A stretch of DNA of 64,000 nucleotides from Patescibacteria group bacterium (lineage in GTDB: Bacteria; Patescibacteriota; Patescibacteriia; Buchananbacterales; SURF-54). The stretch's first letter is position 1. Each line of letters begins with the position of its first letter. Positions 55,716 through 64,000 of the stretch are shown one piece after another. The stretch lies in contig JAHIRB010000040.1 in the NCBI GenBank assembly GCA_018818885.1, positions 32,985 to 96,984 on the forward strand, written 5' to 3'. The notes under the pieces are model-generated. The model saw only the letters and a list, made by a program, of their open reading frames with translations. It made no database searches and was not told the DNA's origin. The translations under genes were made by a program, and so were the position numbers.

Positions 55716-57302
55716 TTAATATAAAGCTTTACTAGACATTGCTTTATCTTTTATAATGCCCATTAATTTTAAAACTGTTGGCGCAACATCTCCCAACACA
55801 CCATTTTTTAATTTCTGAGGAATCTTTTCTTTGGTAATGATAATAAATGGTACTGGGTTAAAAGTGTGTTCAGTATACACTTCGTTTGTCTTTAAATCAA
55901 TCATTTTTTCGGCGTTACCATGGTCTGCTGTGATGATTAGATTGCCTCCCAGTTCTTTAACAGCGTTATAAACTTTGCCTACACATTTATCGACTGCTTC
56001 AACTGCCCCGACAGCTGCCTTGATATCTCCAGTATGGCCAATCATGTCTGGATTGGCAAAATTAACTGTAATAAAATTATAATTTTTTAATACTGAAAGA
56101 AGTTTAGTAGTAATTTCATTAACTGACATTTCTGGTTTTTTTGCATAATTATCTACTTTTGGTGAATCAATCTTTATTCTATCTTCAGCAGCGACAGTGT
56201 CTGCATATCCACCATTAAAAAAATACGTCACATGGGCAAATTTTTCTGTTTCTGCAATATAGAGTTGTTTTTGACCAACTAGTGTCATTGGTAGTGTTCC
56301 GACTAGATCTGGGTTGGGGTATGCAGTTATGATATTTCCTAGGTCAGGCCCAAAATCAGACATTGCAATAAATAATACATTTTTTAAAACTTTTTTTCTT
56401 TGAAAACTTCCTGGATTCATTTTATTAAAATGTTCTTGAACAAACGGTTTAGCAAGTTGACGAGCTCTATCAGATCTTAAATTAAAAAATATAACTGCAT
56501 CTTTATCTTTAATTTTTGCAATTGGTTTTCCACCACGCACTATAACATATGGGGGAATAAATTCGTCTGTTTCTTCCCTATTATAACTTTCCGTAATTGC
56601 GGCCTGAGGACTCTGAATTTTTAACCCCTTATTAAGCACCATTGTATTGTATGCTTTCTCGGTATTAAGCCAAGATTTTTTTCGATCCATGGCATAATAT
56701 CTACCCATAATTGTGGCAATCCACTCCCCTGTTCTTTTACCATCACCCTCATGATTTTTTAAATTTCTCATGATGGATTCTATCATTTTTAGTGCTCCAT
56801 GGGGTGGTGAATCGCGTCCATCAGTAAATAAATGTAAATACACGCTGTCAATTTTTCTCAAACGTGCCCACGTTAAAAGGGCTAACAAATGATCTGGGTC
56901 GCTATGCGCACTGCTACCGTTGGAAAGCATTCCCATTAAATGCAAATTTGATTTATTTTTTTTAACATGCTTATATGTTGCTTCAAATGCAGGATTTTTA
57001 AAAAATTGTCCTGTATTAATTGCTTTAGAAATATAAACTGCTTCTTGATCAACAACTCTACCAGCACCTAAGTTGTTGTGACCGGCTTCTGAATTACCAT
57101 ATTGAGTTAGTGGAAGTCCACAATACTTCCCAGAGGCCTGCAGTTTAGAATGAGGATATTTTTTCCATAAACGATCCATCACCGGCGTTTTAGCCAATGA
57201 TATTGCATTACCTTTATTTGCTGGAGCAAGACCCCAACCGTCGAGGATTAATAAGACAGTTGGTTTGATTTTCTTAGCCCTTTTAGGCTTACTTGTAGGC
57301 AT
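55716..57302 (-). CDS. gpmI: BPG-independent phosphoglycerate mutase (copy 2)
   Basis: ILDGWG, GNSEAGH, ETEKFAHVT, DMIGH, TADHGN. Confidence 0.96.
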   Translation of the reverse strand: MPTSKPKRAKKIKPTVLLILDGWGLAPANKGNAISLAKTPVMDRLWKKYPHSKLQASGKYCGLPLTQYGNSEAGHNNLGAGRVVDQEAVYISKAINTGQFFKNPAFEATYKHVKKNKSNLHLMGMLSNGSSAHSDPDHLLALLTWARLRKIDSVYLHLFTDGRDSPPHGALKMIESIMRNLKNHEGDGKRTGEWIATIMGRYYAMDRKKSWLNTEKAYNTMVLNKGLKIQSPQAAITESYNREETDEFIPPYVIVRGGKPIAKIKDKDAVIFFNLRSDRARQLAKPFVQEHFNKMNPGSFQRKKVLKNVLFIAMSDFGPDLGNIITAYPNPDLVGTLPMTLVGQKQLYIAETEKFAHVTYFFNGGYADTVAAEDRIKIDSPKVDNYAKKPEMSVNEITTKLLSVLKNYNFITVNFANPDMIGHTGDIKAAVGAVEAVDKCVGKVYNAVKELGGNLIITADHGNAEKMIDLKTNEVYTEHTFNPVPFIIITKEKIPQKLKNGVLGDVAPTVLKLMGIIKDKAMSSKALY

Positions 57303-57436
57303 TTATTGATTAATAATGTTTAGAAAATGACAAAATCCAATTTCATGTAGCATGCAATATTTAAGACTTGTTATATGTTACATGTTTCATGTTACATGAT
57401 ATACATTCTATCTTTGGATTTTGGATTTAATATGAT

Positions 57437-58693
57437 TTACCTTACTTCGTCTTCAATTTCCATTAAACGATTATATTTAGATACTCGTTCTCCTCGCGAT
57501 ATTCCAACTTTCACAAATTCCGAATTAGTAGCAACTGCTAAATCAATCATGGAAGTATCATTAGTTTCTCCCCCACCGCGATGTGATACGATTGACCAAA
57601 AACCTACCTTGTGCGCCATTTCAATTGTCTGAACTGTTTCTGACAAACTACCAATTTGATTCAGTTTGATCAAAATTGCATTGATTGCTTTTAAGTCGAT
57701 GGCTTTTTTCAAACGTTCTGGGTTAGTTACTGTTAAATCATCTCCGACAATTCTAACTTTCTTGCCTAATTCTTTCGTAATTACTGGCCACCAATCCCAA
57801 TCATCTTCTGCTAAAGGATCTTCCAAAGTTATTAATGGATATTTGTTTACCCAAGTTTTAAAATAATCAATCATTTGACGCGAACTCAATTTCTTCTTAT
57901 CCTTTTTCATGTTGTACTTTCCATTTTCAAAAATTTCAGAAACTGCTGGGTCTGCAGACAACATTACATCTTTTCCTGCTTTGTAGCCTGCTTTTTTAAT
58001 AGCTTGCATAATCAATAGCCAAGGTGATTCGTTATTTTTTAAACCTGCTGGCGCGTATGCCCCTTCGTTTCCTACGTTTGCATTTAGATTTTTCTGATGA
58101 AGAACCTTTTTTAGATTGAGATAAACTTCTGCTCCGATTCTTACGCTTTCTTTAATATTTTTACCACCAACTGGTGTTATCATATATTCTTGTAAATCCG
58201 TTGAATTTACTGCATGTTTACCACCTTCTATAACAACTATCATGGGTTTGGGTAATTTATAATTCTTATATTTTAAACGATACGTTTGACGAATATATTT
58301 ATAGAACGGGACTTTTTTTGATTGAGCTGAAGCTTTAGCCACTGCTAAAGAAACACCTAAAATTGCATTGCCACCTAGTTTTGACTTATTTGGTGTGCCA
58401 TCAAGATAAATCATAATCTGATCAATCTTTTTCTGTAAAAAAGGATTTTGTCCTATTAGCTTGGGCGCAATCTTTTTATTGATATTGTTTACAGCTTTAA
58501 GCATGCCTTTTCCACCATAACGTTTTTTATCACCATCAAATAATACAGTAGCTTCGTGAATCCCTGCAGAAGCACCAAAAGGCACAGAAGCAACACCGAT
58601 TGAAGCATCTGACAAAACTACTTTAACTTCTAACGAAGGCGTAGCGCCTGAACTCAAAATCTCACGTCCTTTTATAGACTTAATTTTAATCAT
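57437..58693 (-). CDS. eno: Enolase (divergent)
   Basis: GAS, GGKHA, EDP, VGDDL, LIKLNQIG, KYNRL. Confidence 0.94.
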   Translation of the reverse strand: MIKIKSIKGREILSSGATPSLEVKVVLSDASIGVASVPFGASAGIHEATVLFDGDKKRYGGKGMLKAVNNINKKIAPKLIGQNPFLQKKIDQIMIYLDGTPNKSKLGGNAILGVSLAVAKASAQSKKVPFYKYIRQTYRLKYKNYKLPKPMIVVIEGGKHAVNSTDLQEYMITPVGGKNIKESVRIGAEVYLNLKKVLHQKNLNANVGNEGAYAPAGLKNNESPWLLIMQAIKKAGYKAGKDVMLSADPAVSEIFENGKYNMKKDKKKLSSRQMIDYFKTWVNKYPLITLEDPLAEDDWDWWPVITKELGKKVRIVGDDLTVTNPERLKKAIDLKAINAILIKLNQIGSLSETVQTIEMAHKVGFWSIVSHRGGGETNDTSMIDLAVATNSEFVKVGISRGERVSKYNRLMEIEDEVR

Positions 58694-58812
58694 AAATAAG
58701 TAATTATTAATTAACTCCAAATAAATATTACGAATTACGTATCAATACGAATATACAAATACGAGTTAATATCAGTTGATACGTATATTCGTATGAATTT
58801 GTAATTAGTAAC

Positions 58813-59607
58813 TTACAGGATTTCGTAACCAACAGTTGCTGTAATTATTATCTCCATACTTCCAGCTTCAATTTCTGGTACACCGCTACCACCACCGATG
58901 CCTGCATCCATTGCTTCCATGGCATAATACTTTGGTGCTTGGCCAGAAGTACTTTCAGAAAAACTTACAACTTTACCAAGTTTTACTCCAGCTACCTTAG
59001 CTAAGCTTTCTGCTTTTTCTTTAGCATTTTTTATCGCTTCTTCTCTAGCTTGTTGACGTAAGGCTTCTGGGTCGTCTACATCAAATGAAATTCCTGAAAC
59101 CTGATTTGCACCACCTTGCCCGGCAGCAGTCAATATATCACCAATTTTTTCTAAATCTCTAATTTTAATTGTCACACTCTGCTCAACTGAATAACCACGT
59201 AAAATACTAATTCCATCTCGCCAATCATAACGTGGATAAATATTATAGCTTGTTGTTTGAATATCTTTATCATCTACACCCATGCCCTTAATTTCTTTAA
59301 TCAATGCGTTCATTTTTGTAGTATTTTCTGTTTGGGCGTTAGCAACGTTTAATTTTTCTGTTCTAATACCTACACTAGTTTTAGCAATATCAGGTATAGC
59401 TACTACTTTACCTTCTCCACTTATACTTATAATGTGTGGAAATTCTTCTGATTTACCAATGTAATTAAATTCTTTCCACTCATTTCTAATTAAAGTTCCC
59501 AGATAAAGAACTAAGAACAAAACTAGCAAAGTTTTTAAGGCCATGCCTGTTTTTGAATGAAAATGTTTTTTAATTTCTTCCACTTGTGATGAGTTATTCG
59601 ACATCAT
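58813..59607 (-). CDS. SIMPL (DUF541) domain protein
   Basis: ISGEGKV..IPD, DIQT, AKEKAESLA. Confidence 0.9.
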   Translation of the reverse strand: MMSNNSSQVEEIKKHFHSKTGMALKTLLVLFLVLYLGTLIRNEWKEFNYIGKSEEFPHIISISGEGKVVAIPDIAKTSVGIRTEKLNVANAQTENTTKMNALIKEIKGMGVDDKDIQTTSYNIYPRYDWRDGISILRGYSVEQSVTIKIRDLEKIGDILTAAGQGGANQVSGISFDVDDPEALRQQAREEAIKNAKEKAESLAKVAGVKLGKVVSFSESTSGQAPKYYAMEAMDAGIGGGSGVPEIEAGSMEIIITATVGYEIL

Positions 59608-59624
59608 AAAATTAATATTAATTA

Positions 59625-60818
59625 TTATTTTTTGATTAAAGGCTTTAATGCAACCAAAGTTTTGTCTTCTAAAAACTTTAACATTGCTCCCCCGCCTGTT
59701 GAAATATAAATATTAGATCTTTCAAAATGCATAAAACTTTTTAACGATTTTATTGCTTCTGCTGTTTCTCCGCCTCCTATTATTATCTTTGCACTAGAAT
59801 GTACTACTGCATGTATCACACCAACAGTTCCAGAAGCAAATTTTGGGTTTTCGAACATTCCCATCGGTCCATTCCAGATAATTGTTCTAGATTCTCTAAT
59901 TATGCAATCATATAATTTTAAAGTATCTGGTCCGATATCTAAAGCATATTCATTTTTTGCAATATTTCCTGCTGCTTTAACTTTTGCTTTAGCATTTTTA
60001 GTCATTTTATCAGATACAATTACGTCAACAGGTATATGTAAATGCGTGTCCGTTAATTTTAGTTTTCGCAGTGCTTTAACCATGTCTTCTTCTACAATAG
60101 AGCGACCAACTGAGATACCCTTGGCTTTTAATACAGTATTGGCTAAAGCGCCTCCGATCATAACATCATCGGCAATCTTTAAAAGATTTTTTATTACTCC
60201 TAGCTTGGTTGAAATTTTTACTCCACCGATCAATGCAACAAAAGGTCGTTTTGGGTGATTGAAAACATGCGAGAGTTCTTTAATTTCTTTTTCCAACAGA
60301 AACCCGGCATAACTTGGAAGAAATTTTGGTACACCAACCATTGTTGCGTAAGCTCTGTGGCTTTTGGCAAAGGCTTCGTTAATATATATATCAGCAAAAC
60401 TAGCAAGTCTTTTTGAAAATTTTACATCGTTATTTTTTTCTTCTGAATGATATTCTGCATTTTCCATCATTACAATCTCTCCTGGCTTTAAAGAATCAAT
60501 TATTTTTTTAGTTTCATCACTTATACAATCTGGTGTTATCAAAACTTTCTTTCCTAGCAGCTGCTCTAATTTTTTAGCCACTGGTTTAATTGAAAGCTCT
60601 GGCACTCGCACTCCGTTTGGACGGCCTAGAGAAGAAACCAATATTAATATAGCTTTCTTGTTCAGCAAATATTTAAGTGTAGGCAAAGATTCAGTAATCC
60701 TCATATCTTCTGCTACTTTAGGATTTTTGCCGCCAGTTAATGGTACGTTAAAATCAACGCGAAGTAACACCTTCTTGCCGGTAAGATTCTTGATTTGTTT
60801 AATTGATTTTAGCTTCAT
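59625..60818 (-). CDS. pgk: Phosphoglycerate kinase (divergent)
   Basis: RVDFNVP, DIGP, WNGPMG.FE, ISTGGGA. Confidence 0.94.
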   Translation of the reverse strand: MKLKSIKQIKNLTGKKVLLRVDFNVPLTGGKNPKVAEDMRITESLPTLKYLLNKKAILILVSSLGRPNGVRVPELSIKPVAKKLEQLLGKKVLITPDCISDETKKIIDSLKPGEIVMMENAEYHSEEKNNDVKFSKRLASFADIYINEAFAKSHRAYATMVGVPKFLPSYAGFLLEKEIKELSHVFNHPKRPFVALIGGVKISTKLGVIKNLLKIADDVMIGGALANTVLKAKGISVGRSIVEEDMVKALRKLKLTDTHLHIPVDVIVSDKMTKNAKAKVKAAGNIAKNEYALDIGPDTLKLYDCIIRESRTIIWNGPMGMFENPKFASGTVGVIHAVVHSSAKIIIGGGETAEAIKSLKSFMHFERSNIYISTGGGAMLKFLEDKTLVALKPLIKK

Positions 60819-60935
60819 ATCCGGTAGTGAAAATTCAAACAATGTGTTTGTTTAATAATTTATGTTTATATGAAAATATTGCTTGCATATTAACTATACT
60901 TTGTTCAAAATCAATTTGAATTTCTACTACCGGAT
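60819..60935. mobile_element. MITE-like element, same family as 55616-55709
   Basis: ATCCGGTAGTGAAAATTCAAA...TTTGAATTTCTACTACCGGAT. Confidence 0.7.
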
Positions 60936-60955
60936 CATATTTGAATTATATCACA

Positions 60956-61210
60956 TTATTCCCCTTCGATTTCAACCAACTTCCAACTTTCTCCTTTTGT
61001 TTTTTTTATTTTGATTTTAGCACCTTTTGCTGGTGTATTTTTTGCTAGTAGTTTTAAATTGAATTTAAGATTATCTGAATTTATTTCATCACCATGTTCA
61101 ATAATTGATCCTAGCTCAATAACAATTTTGTTGACTTTCATCAACTTGTTTTCGTTAGCATTCTCTAACACTATTTTAAGAATATTGTCAGCGGCATGTA
61201 AATCGTGCAT
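60956..61210 (-). CDS. hypA: HypA-like nickel chaperone lacking Zn domain
   Basis: MHD start, V..I.I.LG, C-terminal G.....IE; next to hydrogenase; no Cys. Confidence 0.8.
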   Translation of the reverse strand: MHDLHAADNILKIVLENANENKLMKVNKIVIELGSIIEHGDEINSDNLKFNLKLLAKNTPAKGAKIKIKKTKGESWKLVEIEGE

Positions 61211-61290
61211 ATGTGTTTATGCAGCATGAAACATATAATATGTAGCAAGTAGAATAATTTTGCATATGTTACATGCTATATGATTCGTGA

Positions 61291-62580
61291 CTAATGCGTT
61301 GCACAGCTAATACACGGATCATAAGCTCTAATTAAAGTTTTAATCTTTAACTCTCTTTCTTTAGGTGACATTTCAGCAGTTTGGGGTAATAATTTTCTTA
61401 GATCTTCTTCGATATTATTTAAAAACAAAACTGTTGGTGTAATTATTTGCGTGGAAACAATTCTGCCGTCACGATCAATTTCGTAGTGATGATAAAGTAT
61501 ACCGCGCGGTGCTTCCATCAATGCTGATCCTTTTGTAGTTTTATTTTTTGGGTTAGCAAATGCTATAAGCTTGAGCTTTTTTGCTTGACTAACTTCATCT
61601 TTGAGTCCGACCTTAAGAATATCACGAATTAAATGTCCAATTTCTTCTGTACAATGCAACACTTCAATTGCCTGCGCCAATACATTAAAAAACGTATTGT
61701 GAATTGGAAACTCTAAAGTCAAGTCTGCTACTGCTTTTTTGGCCTGGGGTGCAAGTTGTTCGTGATTGTTGTTTAAACGAGCTAACGCCCCTACCATGAA
61801 CGGCTTATCTTTATATTTAGCACGCTTGGCAGCTAAGTTTGGCAGCTGGTATTCATATATGGCGTTTGTGATATTTTTTGTAGAAATTTTTTCACCTGAA
61901 CTAGTATTTAGATTTCCTGAATATATTGCGTATTCATTTTTATTATGTAAAGAAATAAATTCTGTTTTTCTAACAAACGATGGATACTTGATATTGGCTG
62001 TAAATAAAACCAATTCTATAGCATCAAACATTGCTTTTTCCCAATTGAAATAGATTTCTTCAAGTTGTTTTTCTTTTGGCAATATTTTAAACCCGCCAAC
62101 TTCGCAAGCAATTGGATGGACTACTCTAGCGCCAAGTATTTTTATCACATTAGTCGCCCACTCTCTTAAATTTAAAGCAGACTTTCCTGCTTTGGGAAAT
62201 TGCTTTAAAAATTCAAGATCATTTTCAATACCAAAAAAATCAGGGAGTGACAAAAAGTATAGATGTAAAGCATGACTATGCAAAATTTGTGCTAGTTCCA
62301 TTATTTTTCGCAACTTGGTTGTTTGTACAGATACTTTTATACCTAAAGCATCCTCAATGGCATTGATAGCAGTTAAAGCATGAACAACTGGGCAAATTCC
62401 ACAGATTCTTGCAGTTATGACAGGCACTTGCGTGTAATTTCTGCCAACTACTATTCCTTCCATTAATCTTATGCCTTCAGTTGTGATAAGTTTTGCCTGA
62501 CCGACATTGCCTTTCATCAAAGCACCCTCAAAATCCATATGCCCTTCCATCTTAGCGAGGTGATTAATCTTGATCTTCAT
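61291..62580 (-). CDS. [NiFe] hydrogenase large subunit, group 3b-like
   Basis: EGH, RICGICPVVH (L1), EAPRG, RAYDPCISCATH (L2). Confidence 0.93.
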   Translation of the reverse strand: MKIKINHLAKMEGHMDFEGALMKGNVGQAKLITTEGIRLMEGIVVGRNYTQVPVITARICGICPVVHALTAINAIEDALGIKVSVQTTKLRKIMELAQILHSHALHLYFLSLPDFFGIENDLEFLKQFPKAGKSALNLREWATNVIKILGARVVHPIACEVGGFKILPKEKQLEEIYFNWEKAMFDAIELVLFTANIKYPSFVRKTEFISLHNKNEYAIYSGNLNTSSGEKISTKNITNAIYEYQLPNLAAKRAKYKDKPFMVGALARLNNNHEQLAPQAKKAVADLTLEFPIHNTFFNVLAQAIEVLHCTEEIGHLIRDILKVGLKDEVSQAKKLKLIAFANPKNKTTKGSALMEAPRGILYHHYEIDRDGRIVSTQIITPTVLFLNNIEEDLRKLLPQTAEMSPKERELKIKTLIRAYDPCISCATH

Positions 62581-62621
62581 ATGACAAAATTACAATAATT
62601 AAACATAAAATCACCACCAAA

Positions 62622-62671
62622 TCCCGTAAATGACGACTCTATGTTCGTCGAAAAAGAGTCATTGTACGGGA
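62622..62671. repeat. TCCCGTA...TACGGGA hairpin element
   Basis: Inverted arms shared with 34028-34114. Confidence 0.55.
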
Positions 62672-62709
62672 CCATTTTAGCTAAATGATTAATTTTTATT
62701 TTCATATTA

Positions 62710-62958
62710 TTAAATTATTGTCAGATAGATTAAATATGCTAATCCTAATCCTATTAAATTATATATGGCATCAACAAACGAGTGATATATAGTGTCTTTA
62801 CCTTTCTTAAAATGATCATATAATTCTTTAATGACTGTCAGAACTACTATTACTAAAAGTGCGTATTTGAAACTTTCAAAACTTAGCAATACTATGATAC
62901 TAATTATAAATGAAAGTATTAAATGTTTAGTTTTATCGCGCCAGTGGAATTCTTGCAT
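62710..62958 (-). CDS. Small membrane protein
   Basis: DKxxH, KELYD, three hydrophobic segments. Confidence 0.75.
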   Translation of the reverse strand: MQEFHWRDKTKHLILSFIISIIVLLSFESFKYALLVIVVLTVIKELYDHFKKGKDTIYHSFVDAIYNLIGLGLAYLIYLTII

Positions 62959-63030
62959 TTATTAATGATTAATTATGACTTGACAATTTTAATATATTTT
63001 ATTAAGGTAATTGCTGAAAGGAGGAGAACG

Positions 63031-63372
63031 ATGAAAATTCTATTGGTTGGTAATTCGATGTTTCTAAGAGTATTAGCCGATGCACTCAGTGAAAAAAAAC
63101 ATGTGATCATAGGAGTCAGTACAATATCTGGAGCGGAATCTGCCACTTCTACAGACCCAGATATAGGTCTGGCAATTCTCGTCCCTGATATACCCGACGT
63201 ATCACGCCATCATTGCCTTGAATTGGCAAAAAGAATCAAGGAAAATCTGCCTGACGCAAAGGTTGCCTTAACAGATAACATCAACCCGGGAAAAATATTC
63301 CACTTTCTGATTCCACCTAACACCGGCATTGATGCTGCACTCAAAGCCATCGAGGTAAACGTCACCAAATAG
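63031..63372 (+). CDS. Degenerate CheY-like receiver-domain protein, 113 aa
   Basis: MKILLVG...LELAKRIKE...; TTGACA at 62980, AAAGGAGG SD, hairpin 63398-63420. Confidence 0.65.
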   Translation: MKILLVGNSMFLRVLADALSEKKHVIIGVSTISGAESATSTDPDIGLAILVPDIPDVSRHHCLELAKRIKENLPDAKVALTDNINPGKIFHFLIPPNTGIDAALKAIEVNVTK

Positions 63373-63444
63373 AATGTGAATAATCAAAGGGCTAGGGGCG
63401 GACGAAGTAAATTCGTTCGCTCATTTCTTTTTCTTTACTCTGAG

Positions 63445-63999
63445 CTACGTCGAAGGGTTTGTTTTCTTTCGTTTTTCTTTCTGTTCGATCAATTCCTCTT
63501 TCAACGCTTCTTGCTGCCAATTATCTTTAATCCCAAAAACTTCTAATACTTCAAATATTTTTGGTAATGGGTGATTCCTCCAAAGCATAGTTACAAACTT
63601 AGTAACATCTGGTTCTTCGATTAAACCTCTACAACCCCAGCAAGCTTGTTTGCCTTTTAAGCATACTGCATCACAACCTGCTAAAGTAATTGGCCCCACG
63701 CAAATATCACCTTTTTGTAGTAGACACTCATAGCCATTAATCTGGCATTCCCAACAAACTGGATTTTGTAGTAATTTGACAGGCAATCCCGAAAGCAGCT
63801 GATAAGTAATATTTAAAAACTCTTCTGCAGTAATTGGGCATCCAGGAATTGTGTGGTCAACTTTAACTAAATTGGATATTGGCTCAATTTCAGAATTTTC
63901 TATACCTTTAGGATTTTTATAAACCATCTTTAATAACTTATCTTTTCCTGCAAAACTTTTCATTTGATGTATTCCACCGGTATCTGCACAATTACCTAA
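63445..63999 (-). CDS. [NiFe] hydrogenase small (delta) subunit, 5'-truncated by window
   Basis: LGNCADTGG, IPGCP, VCWEC, CVGPIT.AGC.A.C, CWGCRG. Confidence 0.92.
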   Translation of the reverse strand, partial: LGNCADTGGIHQMKSFAGKDKLLKMVYKNPKGIENSEIEPISNLVKVDHTIPGCPITAEEFLNITYQLLSGLPVKLLQNPVCWECQINGYECLLQKGDICVGPITLAGCDAVCLKGKQACWGCRGLIEEPDVTKFVTMLWRNHPLPKIFEVLEVFGIKDNWQQEALKEELIEQKEKRKKTNPST

Positions 64000-64000
64000 T

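Noticed and set aside
2275-62053. Many 60-130-aa ORFs antisense to or nested in core genes (e.g. 17396-17728, 36875-37270, 54053-54430, 59902-60258)
   Set aside because: Fully overlap well-supported genes and have no initiation signals
1-64000. Alternative genetic code 25 (TGA=Gly)
   Set aside because: Core genes are full length in code 11 and TGA serves as a normal stop (e.g. mrdA)

Overview
This is a low-GC bacterial chromosome segment read with genetic code 11. Gene content and style (SD-less, often leaderless core genes; group 3b-like hydrogenase; two mreB) suggest a Patescibacteria/CPR (Parcubacteria-like) genome; this is inference. The left half is mostly + strand: pckA, a surface-glycan cluster, fmt/def, AmmeMemoRadiSam genes, gltX, an accessory run with HigBA, lexA and dinB. 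From about 30.2 kb nearly all genes are on the - strand: xer, cell wall, translation, mre, RAYT, glycosyltransferases, lower glycolysis and hydrogenase. The convergence point is close to a single Xer recombinase with a 28-bp dif-like site directly upstream, so this is probably the replication terminus. Main observations: (1) about 15 small orphan genes, many missed by the ORF track, slotted between core genes, almost all with a strong SD and mostly with their own promoter and/or terminator; (2) a 50-bp direct repeat separating single accessory units after gltX; (3) a putative BECR-type RNase facing a promoter-driven small structured RNA; (4) a RAYT carrying a REP doublet in frame inside its own CDS; (5) a transcribed-looking 91-nt tRNA-like element; (6) nested palindromic repeats and MITE-like elements; (7) a priA remnant, a split thpR, and altered PGK, enolase and HypA. 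All calls come from reading the sequence by eye; no searches were run.
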